64,000 nucleotides of DNA from Phoronis australis (lineage: Eukaryota; Animalia; Phoronida), in assembly GCA_002633005.1 (NCBI GenBank), contig NMRA01000009.1, positions 1,163,169 through 1,227,168 of the forward strand. Reading direction: 5' to 3'. Each line of letters opens with the position of its first letter. Position 1 is the first letter of the stretch. The notes below the pieces were generated by a model. That model ran no database searches. It was not told where the DNA came from and was given only the letters and a program-made list of their open reading frames with translations. Both the position numbers and the translations under genes were made by a program. Below are positions 52,401 through 63,447 of this stretch, one piece after another.

Positions 52401-55400
52401 CACTCAGGTGGGCCCAATGCACTAACCAACAGCAACCATTTTCATGCTTCGTCGATATATAGTTAAAACTGAGCTGAGGAGCTAGAGACCAGACTCAAGG
52501 GTCTAACAGTGTGCACCAATGGGACTCGAACCCATTACCTTGAGTAAAGAAAGCAGACACTTACACAACTAGGCCACAATGTCTCCATTTAAAAAAAATC
52601 AACTTTAGTTTGTAACTAAAGTTTCGAAGTTTAGAATGTGAGCGATTTATCAGTCAATGATGGCCTGTTCTATAACACAACACATAACCACCAAAACACC
52701 ACAAGTGCCAGACTCACACTACGCAGACTGTATGCCCTGGTGGTAAAACTGGGAAGTAACTTACTATACACACACAGGATTTGGAGCACACATGAATATG
52801 ATAATACATGGCAGTGTGGGCTTAGGTAGTACATGATTTATAAATACCTTGAGCTTCTCTTTAATCTGTGTTGTTGTCTTGGCTACAGCTTTGCCTGTAT
52901 CATTATGAACAGTACATGAATACTCTGCCAGGTCTTTCTTCACTACCTCATAGGCAGCTTTAGACTAGGAGAAAACAGTCAACAAATGAAGCGACATACA
53001 GTACTTTCAAAAAAGTGGCTTCATCACTAAGAAGGCATTTTTTAAATCTATTGTAGATATACATAGATAACAGATTCCAATCATCACTGGCCACAACCTT
53101 TTCCTGGAGATGTATTCTGTTAACACAAGGTACTCATGAGACACTTGTGGTTATAAATCACTACTTAAAAAGCAGAAACCAATCCCATTATTCTTCCAAT
53201 ATTCAACATTCCATTATGGCCGACTAATCAAATCATTCTTGGCCATTTTGCTAGTACCGTGTATATTAGCAAGATCCTGGCAGAACACTTGCCTTTTCAC
53301 TCATGCGACTTTCCATGCTCTCGGTCTACGGAATGCTGCCTTGCAACGTGAACAGCTCTATACTTTAGATAACAGACAGTATCAAGAGCAAGCATTAAAG
53401 TTAAGTTACTGCCCAAGTACAAAATAACCTCCACAGGTTCTATGTCTCCCAATCCAATCTTGTATTATGAACTACACAGTATCCTCAACAATCAAAGCGT
53501 ACCACCACTTGTTCATTAAAATTTCAATGTACAAGGACACATTTCTTAACAAAGCCTCATTCCCACTTCTTAACTAGATCATAGAATGTGAGAAAATTTC
53601 AATTCTAAATCGGGGCAAAAACTGAAAGCACATCAAGGTTGTGGACAGCATAATTATTTTTTGTCCTTCTACTGTTAGAGAACAGTAAGTCGCATGTCTA
53701 CTGATGGCATTAGTGTCAACTTACTTTCTCTTTAGCAACCTTCAACCAGCTGCCCCACCAGCCCTCGCCTTGTTCGCTACAAAACAGGTTACATGTACTA
53801 TTAACATCATATAGTTTAACCAACTTAACCGCAACATTATGTTTCAGAACTGGCTGATTGGAATCATATGAAACATTCAGATAGCATGTTTGCTGCACTG
53901 TTTTCCAAATCACAGTTAGGAATTGCTTTTTAAGTGTTTCACTATAAATGGAGGAGCCATCAACACATAAGGCAGGATTTCCTTGAAAAAAAAAACTCAA
54001 AACAGAATTCACATTAAAACAAAATAATTTATAAAACCGTAAAAACGTTTATCAAATCTCATCTTGAAAATTTATACCTGATCATTGACACTGTTTTTTT
54101 GCTACGAACATACCTTTCTTTTGAACTTTATGAAAAAGACACAACACACCACCCGATCAATAGCTGATTGGTAAAAAGTCAAAAATCAAAGGCTTCAAAC
54201 TTCCGCAGCGCTTCAAAAAGAACACACAAGTTTTGCTGATTTTGCGAGGAACGTGTCCCACTATATTCAGGCCTTTCAGAACAGACGTAGCGTACTTGCC
54301 AATGGGATTGTATTGTATCTTTCCGTACAGAACTTTTCCTTCAACAGGAATCCAGATTTCTTTGTACATGTGAAATCTGCGAAGCGAAGACTAACAAAAA
54401 CTTGACCAGTGTTAAAGGCATGTGGCCAGGAAGTGTGTGTTAGTGCACGCTACATACATGTAGGCTTGCTACTCAGGCAAATGAACTCTGATGACACGCA
54501 TGTGCTTGCTCACTCAGCACACACAAGCAGACGAATTTCAAAACAAACGTCACATGACAACAACATGTGTGTTCACCCAGATTTTTTCTCGTGTTACAGG
54601 GTGCAATCTAGCACAGATTTGGACTTAATCTGCAGTTAATACTGACTCTACAGGAACTTAAAAATCTTAGGGATGCTATGGAAAACTTAAAGAGGATTTC
54701 AGGTAATTTGTTGAGTCGAAACTATTTTTATTAAAGAATTCAAGTTGCCCTGTCGACGATTGCCAGGCAGTGATACATCAGTTGCCGAGTTTTCGCCCTA
54801 GGATTTCCGCACAATTTTCTGAAAAAGGATAGTAATTTAACAACGAAGTTCGATAGCAATGCACCACAATTTTGTGGAAAGTCTGTCATAGGTTACAGAT
54901 ACGTCTCAGAGTGTACATTTTTCCGATTTCACTTGCTTCCGAGGCCGGGTTTCAACCGCCTTAAGCTACAATAAGTACCCCTCCAAAACGAATTTTCTAA
55001 GCGCCTTGGGCACTTATTAGGACGAATACGGTACTGCAAATTCCCAAGCCCAACCCCAAAAATTTAATATATGACAAAAGCATTCCAGTTTGAGACATTG
55101 AAAAGGTAATTACTTTGCTCATGGTCACAGCTTGTACCAAATTTTAGAAAAGGCAATGTTAGCCATCCCAAATTCAAGAATTAAGAGCATTAATTGATAT
55201 ATTTAACAACAATCCACAAAATAATACAATAACACAACAAACCAAGAAAGGCATGCATTTAGACAAATAAGACTATGGTAAAAGTAAAAAATAAATTGAA
55301 AAGGACAATCGACGCGTGAACAGCACGAAAAAGTAAAAACTCATTTCCAACGTGGTCCATCAATGATCATTCACTTAGCTATTATACAATGCGGAGATTC

Positions 55401-58400
55401 ATGAAAACATTGTGTCACTGGCTATTTTCGACGATTTTATCAGCTGCCAAGTTTATTTCCAGACTCTGCTGATACGAAATGCAATGTCCGATATTTGAGA
55501 AATACATGGTCAAATAAATATATTCCATATCCACTCCAATCTTGGTGTCCCAAATTTAGAGACAGCCTCAAACTGGAAAATTTTTACCATAATTTAATGT
55601 GCTTGACTTCACACTACAAGACAACACAGTGTCTTTGATCAAAATATGAATGCCATAAGTTGATGCTGTCTAAATCCTGGTGAATCAACTGTCTGGTTGA
55701 CTCTTTGTTATAAGATGATATTGAAGTCAATTACTACATTCAAAACATCCCTTTTAAAATTGACATGGGCATGTATTAGAACGACTATCAACATGAGCCA
55801 TACAATGAGTCTGTACAAGCTTAAGGCAAGTCTGAATTCAACAAACAAACAATTAAAAGGCATTTTCATAACAATAATGATTAGAAATGCTTTAAAAAAC
55901 ACCAATTCACAATAAATGTGAATTTGTGGACTTTAAAACAATTATTGCTATATTTAGGATAGCCACGCATAATTATTAGTCTAGAATTTGGCGCACGCAG
56001 TGCAAAATGGCCAGTTACCATTCTGGGCAACTTAACGAAGGGTTCTTCGAAAAAAAGTTTGATTATGTGAGTGCTTGCTGAGTTGGAAGGAAGACAGCAA
56101 CAGAATCTTAAGGTGTCCCTATATGTTCAAAAAGTACTTATAACAACGTGACTTTGATGATTTAATAACTGAGGCACAATCCACCAATATGGGTAACAAC
56201 TGACCAGATAAAATATGACACAAAATTAGTGTCATTAAAAAGTACACACTTATTTGAGTAAATAAAATTATTTTCTGGTTTTGGAAAAATTGGAGTTCTA
56301 CCGTTCTTCTGCTGTTAAAGTTGTGGAGCGATCTTCTGCATCGGCTTTCGGCCCCATGAACTATTGTGTCACCTATTGGCCAGTTTCTTTTTTCGACGAT
56401 TCTTCAATCAACTGTTGTTCTTTCAAGAGGTTGTGTACATGTCACAACAAATTATTGGAAATGGTTTCATTTCTTTATAAATTTTTAGAATTTTGAAACC
56501 AGCCAACTCAATTTCATAAGCAATTTTACTGCTGCCAAGCTATCATCATCTCTCGAGAGATGTCGCAAAAACTTAGGAAATGGCGCGAGCGTGTGTCACG
56601 AGCGTATTGTTTTTGAAATGACGACATAACTTTTCCTTGATAGAAAAGGCGGAAAATTACGCAAAAAAATGAAATTTTTAAAATGGTTTTTCACTTAAAC
56701 GGCTGTAATGACTAACACCTAACGGACAAGGTGAGTGTCGGTTGATTCCAAGATGTTGTATGCAACCCGTCCGGTCTTTAGCTTTACATGTTGATACAAG
56801 TTTCACGGCGAGGTGACAAGCAGAACTGGGTTATTGTTTACAATCCGACTCCATCAACGTACATACTTGATATTAATGTTTTCTGAATCCTCTCGGCAGG
56901 GTGATCACGGTGATTCCAAAAATGTATTACTCATACCGATTAGGCTCTTCTTCCTCATGCATTCACCGTTTTTACGAGGTGTTCATTTGCGGCAGCCGAT
57001 CTCAAGTGACCACCATTATAAAACTGCGACACCCGTCGGCAGGAATGATAACTACAACGATCATGCGTGTGTCAAAAAGACCCAAAAATAGGCTATTATA
57101 TTGAAGATACCGCGTGGCATGTTAGGGAAACTCTTAGTAAAACACAGTAGTAGTTATTTATAAAGGATTGATTCTTCAAAACTTCTTTAGAAAAAACACG
57201 AGAGCGCGTGTTCTCGCAGACAAATGTCGTCCTCAAAAACACTTCAAGTCTCGCGGTTAACCGTAACTTATCAATCCTGCCGACAGGTGTCGCACTTTTA
57301 AAAATGGCTGCCTCACTAAATCTGCGTTGCAAATGAATGCCTTGGAAAAACCAGGAAATTGTGAATAATAATCGACCAATCAGTACAAGTACCGCCAGAG
57401 GTCCTAAAGTCGTAAGTGCCCTAGAGTCGTGAACGATCTTATTTCCTCTTCTGCGCAGTCCCACGACATCTGGCGTTGAAGTTTCCAGTGTTTGTCTGCT
57501 TACGAACATCAAACAAATACCTGGACGTGTTGGTATTCACAATATGACATCAAACAGTGAGTGAGTGGCTTCTTTTTTCAAATGTATCTTAAAAACAGCG
57601 TATTCCACTAATCCACTTTTTGTGCATTTTTGGGATGTATTTTCAAAAACATTCATCGTTCAGATTTACTCAAACACGCGCTCCAGGAGTAGCTTGAACA
57701 ATGTATCAATATGTCCCAGGGTCAATCAAGTTTTGTAAGGCCAAAGCAATAAAATACAGAGAGATAATTGCTGGGTTCTTAGAAGTTAGAGGTTTACGTG
57801 AAAAACCTCATTGAAAACGTATGTGCACATCAAAGTTGGGTGCAAAACATAACAATTTATTTCAATTGAAACTGAATTAATAAACAATGTAATGCATTTT
57901 TATGTCGTCTAGAGTAACTGTAAGTACTGTAGTTGACTTGTGTGGTCTTACTTCGTGCATTTCCGTCTAAACGAAACGGTCACGACTTTAGGACCTCATT
58001 CAAAATGGCCGGCGATATCAGCAACCGTTTCAAAACTCTGCTTACGGAGACAAACAAGGATTAAGATTGTCAAAACACTTATATTTAGGAAGGCTGATAT
58101 ATGTCCATAACATCACATGACCAGTTGCTAACTGAATTTGGGTAGTATGACAATCAGCTGCTTATTATACTTATAATCACGACTTTAAGTTTAGCTAGGT
58201 CACCGGTGTGTAATACATTTTTGGAATCACCATGACTAGAGGATTTAGAAAATATTAATATCAAGTATGTACGTTAATGAAGTCAAATTGTAAACAGAAA
58301 CCCAGAACTGCCCTGGCTATGAGCAATTTCGGGGTTTATGGACGATTAACACACAGTGGTACCTAGCTGACGATAGTCTTCATACAGTACAGTCCGAAAC

Positions 58401-59981
58401 CCTATAGTCGTCCGCCTAAGCATAAAACCGGCTTGTTGTCTTACTCACTCAATTATTCCACTTCAAAGTTATGATCTGAATAGGACTTGATTTAACTCTC
58501 ACAAATATATAGTATTCGTTGATTCAAACGTTTTCTTTTACTTAAGCCGAGTTGTTCAACTGTGCATTGCTTTTCGGCAGCCATTTTATAATGACACCTA
58601 TGGTCGTCATGTGCTGCCGCCTTTTGAAAGGACAGAAAACCACACAGAAAAAGGCCAAGAAAATAGTGGAAAGTGGTTTACAGCAACTCTACTTCAACCA
58701 CAAACTGTTTTACTGGTATGATATCGATTTTTAAATCGATTAAAATTGATTTAGAATTTCAGTTCTGGAAAATAAATCACAATTGTTTTATTCCAGGCAG
58801 ACCTTACTTATTTTGTATTTGTGACCTCTTTATTTGACTTTTTGCTCTTGTTGTTCTTAACATCACTTATCTCTGCTGTCCTTCTTTTTCTTTTCAGTTT
58901 CTCTTCATTCTCTGTTAACACCTTGTCAGCCAAAACAGAACTGTAAGCCTTTGAGACTTGGTAGGCGGAAGTTGATCATTGAACCTCGATACAATTGTTC
59001 TAATAAATTACCCATAATTGTATTGTTTGATTTTTTCTCATCTTTAACAGGCTTCTGCATTCATAAATAAATAAATAAATACCCAAGTTGCATTTGAATT
59101 TTATTGCTCAATCTCTTCTTTTATTTTTGATTATGTCATGCTGTGTTGTATGTAACAAATGCAATATAGTGAAATAAAGTCAATGTTTTACTTTATTGGT
59201 GGCCATTCTCTATCAATTCAAGTATTTTAATTTTCTTCAAATAAATTCAAAATGCTTTAACCAAAATTTTCAACATAAATGTTGAGTTCAGTACTGTGTT
59301 TTGCAATAAAAAAACAAGTGAACAATATTTTGATGACCAAGGCGTGGGCCGAAACTGTTAAGCACCCAGCGTGTTCCATTTGTCTGCTGCGTTTTTCCTT
59401 TGGCCTAACAGATGTCGGTTAGTGCCTGGGACAAATAGATACATTGCATAAACAATCCCTGGGTTGCTTTTTGTTCCGTCTGAAGAAAATTTAATTTTGA
59501 AAATATCTTCTGAAAATGAACAAAAAAGTGCATTAGTAAAATCAACAAGTTTTTAAGTGGTCTCAAAAAAACAGTCGGTAAATGCATTAATTTTAGTCTC
59601 AGTTCTTCCACGCGTGTTTCTCCCGAGAGGTTAGTACCTAACATGCAGACGAGCGTTCCAAATTGGAACGCTAAGTCCCGCGTGGCAGCGCTGCACGCGA
59701 AACAAGATGGCGGACGACCTTTGGAGACTGACGACGAGAGGTAATCGGACTATACAGCTGGCTGGCTACTAAACTAAAGCAATCTGCGCACAAAAACATT
59801 GTACAGAAACTTAAAAAATGCGTATTTCAAATTAAAAAGGCATCCTGTGGACATTCTGCAACTTCTCGGACACCATCAGACAAAATCATGTCAATATGTT
59901 GATAATACACCCTTAAGTTTTTTTGTTTTGAAAACGACTGCGAACTGTGAAATCAAAATGAACAACATACCCATCAGCCAT
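40365..59981 (-). CDS. BSDC1: BSD domain-containing protein 1, spliced CDS of 9 exons, ~408 aa
   Basis: Exons 59981-59971, 53776-53725, 52964-52848, 51372-51220, 45640-45467, 45172-45028, 44363-43932, 42768-42665, 40403-40365 join in frame: MADGEQGEGWWGSW..., KGDISELLV...RALYTKLVPTQVSHADFWQRYYFKV, DDDWEQDF, DDWENWD*, matching recalled human BSDC1. Confidence 0.93.
40600..41300 (+). mobile_element. HINE-like element with 3' hairpin
   Basis: Ends tatgcac...gtgcata-aaaa; homologous to 8590-9186. Confidence 0.5.
42665..42768 (-). CDS. BSDC1: BSDC1 exon 8
   Basis: LSSLDDDWEQDFEVTEDDLK...DEK; donor gtgcaa. Confidence 0.85.
43932..44363 (-). CDS. BSDC1: BSDC1 exon 7 (acidic low-complexity region)
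   Basis: 432-nt open exon, phase 1->1, ttgcag/gtatac boundaries. Confidence 0.85.
45028..45172 (-). CDS. BSDC1: BSDC1 exon 6 (BSD domain FWxRY motif)
   Basis: VPTQVSHADFWQRYYFKVHCLEQEECRRKALK...ISWDD. Confidence 0.92.
45467..45640 (-). CDS. BSDC1: BSDC1 exon 5 (BSD domain, first part)
   Basis: ARLNDIQLDSGTYLNEP...VRALYTKL; donor gttagt. Confidence 0.92.
45865..46930 (+). repeat. HINE-like tandem core array, left part (interrupted by Academ-like element)
   Basis: cttgtcaagac.aaaatggcca.t.ggggt repeated; resumes 50487-51070. Confidence 0.55.
46964..50486 (+). mobile_element. Decayed Academ-like DNA transposon with transposase pseudogene fragments
   Basis: TIR arms 47038-47215 vs 50310-50486; fragments QAQERFRRGSS..NDDNNK, SNQEETDTRIVLY (49105), EDCTSAFKG (49517), DLARLP, PYEEGQGW..GPILPNSLIDIL with stops and frameshifts. 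Confidence 0.7.
50487..51070 (+). repeat. HINE-like tandem core array, right part
   Basis: Same cores as 4675-5490; ends cagacaggaggatgacac. Confidence 0.55.
51220..51372 (-). CDS. BSDC1: BSDC1 exon 4
   Basis: KPESGSQSSGIVRDSVTSFLESITNVL...FYDRAQ; donor gtatgg. Confidence 0.88.
52511..52586 (-). mobile_element. tRNA-derived SINE head
   Basis: Minus strand: A-box tggcctagttg and B-box ggttcgagtccc; no intact cloverleaf. Confidence 0.55.
52848..52964 (-). CDS. BSDC1: BSDC1 exon 3
   Basis: SKAAYEVVKKDLAEYSCTVHNDT...IKEKLK. Confidence 0.88.
53725..53776 (-). CDS. BSDC1: BSDC1 exon 2
   Basis: EQGEGWWGSWLKVAKEK; donor gtaagt. Confidence 0.88.
54037..55031 (-). mobile_element. CCGTA-ended (Tc1/mariner Tc2-like) element carrying a HIRAN-like relic; inverted sister copy at 63448-64000
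   Basis: Right end cttattaggacgaatacgg|ta corresponds to ta|ccgtattcgccctaataag at 63448; ~550 bp collinear; left end tentative. Confidence 0.6.
54190..54390 (-). pseudogene. HIRAN-like domain relic
   Basis: SLRRFHMYKEIWIPVEGKVL...NPIGKYATSVLKGLNIVGHVPRKISKTCVFFLKRCGSL. Confidence 0.6.
55985..56828 (+). repeat. Diverged copy of ~23475-24417
   Basis: Includes ataacaacgtgactttgatg from the foldback arm and the downstream dispersed repeat. Confidence 0.8.
56829..58302. mobile_element. 1.47-kb non-autonomous TIR element, GG...CC termini, 8-bp TSD (Merlin-like)
   Basis: ~100-bp TIRs; cagaactg at 56821-56828 and 58303-58310. Confidence 0.8.
59971..59981 (-). CDS. BSDC1: BSDC1 exon 1 coding part (ATGGCTGATGG)
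   Basis: aaaATGGCTGATGG|gtatgt; phase 2 fits exon 2 and gives MADG (human MAEG). Confidence 0.75.
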
Positions 59982-60317
59982 TTTTGTTTTGATTCTGCAT
60001 ATTGAAATTTATAAGATCAAAAAATGGCTTTACAGTCAACTAGTTCTAAGATTTTGCACTAGTTGGACGGTAAAATAAAAGCAATAAGCTTATAAGTGCT
60101 TTAATAGTGTTTAAATTGAGACAATACTGAAATTTTAGCTTGATTAAGAGTAGCCTACTTTTTACGAGAGTATGACAATTGGTGTGCTAAATCCACTGAC
60201 GGTGGCGCAGCCATAGCAGGTTAGTTTCATTCAGGACAAGGTGGTGTATCGTAGTGGTAATCAGTAGGTTCATGTTGCGTGTTTGACGTGTTGGACGGTA
60301 TTACTTACGTTATCAGG
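59982..60317. promoter_or_regulatory. Compact bidirectional promoter/5'UTR region BSDC1 / CABIT gene
   Basis: Divergent ATGs at 59981(-) and 60318(+); probable 5'UTR intron 60220-60316 (cag|gttagt ... tatcag|gATG). Confidence 0.55.
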
Positions 60318-61374
60318 ATGAGTGAGTTTTCTTGTGATACTCTTTGGTCCAAAGAACTATACAGTGTTGCCGATATAGTGAGCAAATTTAATTTCCCTTT
60401 GATCGCTCAAGTTCATCGTGTTAGTGCCAGGGACAATGCCACTAGTCAGTCGCTAAGTTCCGGAGACGACGTGAGCGGTTCATTTTCCACTGGCGATTTA
60501 TTGAAATTTCACGATTCACTCTCCGTAAAAGTTTTAGAAGGATCAATTGTTGTTCCGAACTATGAAAGCACCCCTGTCCACATACCTCTCAGCTTACCTA
60601 TCAAGTTAAAAGTGGTTCCTAAAAAAGACCCCAGTCATGTGTATCACCGAGTTAGTGATCTGGTGCAAGATTTCCCTCATGCAGTTGTCGTGGGCAAGTC
60701 ATTTTCCGTGGGATCACGGGTGGCTGAAGAGGGAGACATTTTGGAACTGTGTGCCATAGACAAACGCTGCACTCAAACTGGTGTGAAGGAGTTTCTCTCC
60801 TGCAAGCATAATGAACGTGACATTGCTCTTGCTATGGATATGGTTGGCAATTTCACTCTTTACCCAGATAAATCCGAATACACAATTTCAGAATTCGTCA
60901 CCAGGTACCGGTTGCCACAGAGGGTTAAGTTGATTGGAACACGTGAGGAACTGTTTAGAAGAATGTCCAGGAATTTACTGAATCTTGTCAGCTTGTTGCC
61001 AGAATTTCAAGGTGAATTCAATTTTGATCAAGTTGCTTCGCATTCTGTTGTTGTGGCCAGTACTACGAGACAGGGATTGGTCAACAAGCAGTCACATGTG
61101 GAATGTTCTGTTAATGGTAGAAATTGTCAGATTGTAACAATTCCAGATACTTGTGATGAGCTCCTGTGTTTCTCCGTGGCTGTCAACCAGTACAGGCATC
61201 CACAGAACCATGTGCTGGATGGATACTTCAGGGATGATGTCAACATTGAACAGTTGTTAGATAATCTGTTTATAGAATTTGCGAACAAGCCTTCTATTGT
61301 ACCATATGCACAGTTTGAAACCCTGACAGTATCTCAGCCGCCGCTGTTGCCAAGGAAACCAATTACTAGATCAG
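60318..61374 (+). CDS. CABIT-domain adaptor (THEMIS/GAREM-like), large first coding exon
   Basis: Longest ORF in the window; WS..YSVADIVSKFNFPLIAQV, IPLSLPIK, GDILEL, LSC...IALAMDMVGNF, YTISEFV...LPQRV resemble the CABIT domain, followed by PPLLPRKP; donor gtatag at 61375. Confidence 0.8.
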
Positions 61375-62474
61375 GTATAGTATTGGTGCTTGCTTCCGTG
61401 TTACTATACAAAAATACATTGGGGGGTGAGGTATGATGCTCTTGATTTAACATGATCAATGAGTTGTCAGCAATTGGTGAATTACAGAATAATTAACTGT
61501 GTTTTTGCAATTGGTATTTTTTCAAACGTTTGTATTACAAGTTGATTAGGGAAGGAATGGCCATCAAATTGGTGGTGGCAAGATAAGCGAATCAGAACAA
61601 CGAGGACATGGTCACACTCTACATATCATAAACAACACTTGATGCAGCTCTCCACGGACCGTCAAAGAAACGAACTTCCGGTTTAGACCACTTAAGTCAA
61701 CTACATTAGAAGTGGTCTCAAGTTGCTCTGTGTGCTAGTAAATTTCTTTGCTAGCAAAGAACTGACAGTTCAGTGTTCCTTGAGACCATACTCAGGGCAT
61801 AAAAAGACATGCCCATGACAAGGACAAGCAGACATGTAGTTTGTAAAACCTGATGTAGACTACACTAGCTATCAGTTTTTCTAAAGCCCTGAGGTCGCTT
61901 CTAATTTGACATAAATTTGAGAAATTTTACATGTCATGGTTTGTGAACTAAATCAAAAGTTGTTTTTATGCAATGAAAGGCTGGTTGCTTAGAATACATC
62001 AGTATGCTCACTTACAAGAAAAAATGGAAAGGATAAAAAGTCCCTTTTCGCTGTTTTTGATAACTTAAAACTCCTGCTATTTTTGCAGCATTTTGGCATT
62101 TAAATTACTCGGATAAGAAATACTTTAGTTTCTCTTAAAATAGTAATTCGGGAAATTAGGGGGAAGGGTGAAATTTGCGGCAATCAGGATGGGCATTGGG
62201 GAAATTGGCTATGACTGGCAATAGTGAAATGCACATACGTCTTTATTCGGGTCGAACACCATATGCATTTTAGGAACTGAAAATAGACAATTTAGTTTAA
62301 GAAGTAGTAACGTGCGTCTGTTAGCATACTCGTGCGTGATTTTGTCAAAATGCAAGATATCATTCTTAAAAATACACACGCCGTGTATGCACATATATGG
62401 TATCACTAAGTATGCAGGTGTGTCGAGTATTGGTATTATAGTCGATGCATGATTTATTTGTTAACTTAACACAG

Positions 62475-62525
62475 ATGATGATGACCATGATTATGAATAC
62501 ATCGACAGTAATGCTCTTCAGCCAG
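62475..62525 (+). CDS. CABIT-gene next coding exon (DDDDHDYEYIDSNALQP)
   Basis: acacag acceptor, gtaaac donor, phase 1->1 matches the preceding exon; later exons not found. Confidence 0.7.
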
Positions 62526-63447
62526 GTAAACAATTGTGGGCTTGCTTGCACTTTTCCAATGCATTGCTTAATAGTCTGGGCTGGTTGCCTAAAACTGCGT
62601 TGTTACTATCCAGCGTATAAATTTCATGCAACCTGACCCTGTTCTATGCTATTATTTCACTTGTATGACTACCATTGGAGTTGCTTACAGTTAACAAACA
62701 ATTTCCCGAATTCATTGTGTGCCCACATGTGTGGATGCCTAGTGCCTACCATAGGATCATGTTCGGCATCACGCCATCCACAGCTGTACCTCTAAACCCA
62801 TTCCAGGATCTGTGTGATATTCGACAGGTGGTTAAGGATAGCCATCAGAAAAATTACGCTGCTGCTGTGGTGCTTGATGGGATTTTTTTGCTTTATACCT
62901 GCATTAAGGAGGGATGTCACTCAAACATTTTCTTATGGCTCTGTCATGTTGTGCACGGTTTGTCAGGCTCTGTCCCTCTCTCTCTCTCTCTCTGCTAAAT
63001 GGTTTTGATGATCATCATGAAATTTGAGGAATAAGCTCTCGGTAATGAAAGCATGTTTGAGGTTGATTTTCAGACAGATTGGAATGCCTCATTGGCCCAA
63101 GAGGCACTTCTGCTATTACATTTAGTGGCAGTATTATTTTTTGCGCTTGCCTAATTATATACTCCAAGTTCTTTAATTAAAGGAGTGTCATAGAATTTTG
63201 GTAGGTGTATTCCTGTTAAAACGGGAGTTCGAATTTTGATGACATTCAGTCTGGTCCTACACTTGCCCCTCCCCCCTTGTGGTGGTGTTACCTTTCCATC
63301 TGCCTCTGTAACTATCAATATCATTTACATTACTCTGAGATGTTTTAAAATCTTTTTATAATGCAGTGCAGCCTTGTTGCGTGCCGTGCCAGCCGAATCA
63401 CTAAACAGTTGCGCTCACTATGTGAAACAAACACTAATTTCAGAGTA

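Noticed and set aside
52511-52586. tRNA gene
   Set aside because: A/B boxes present but acceptor and anticodon stems do not pair; treated as a SINE head
58540-58584. Alternative BSDC1 first exon ATGGCTGCCGAA
   Set aside because: Nearest GT donor gives the wrong phase; 59981-59971 fits better
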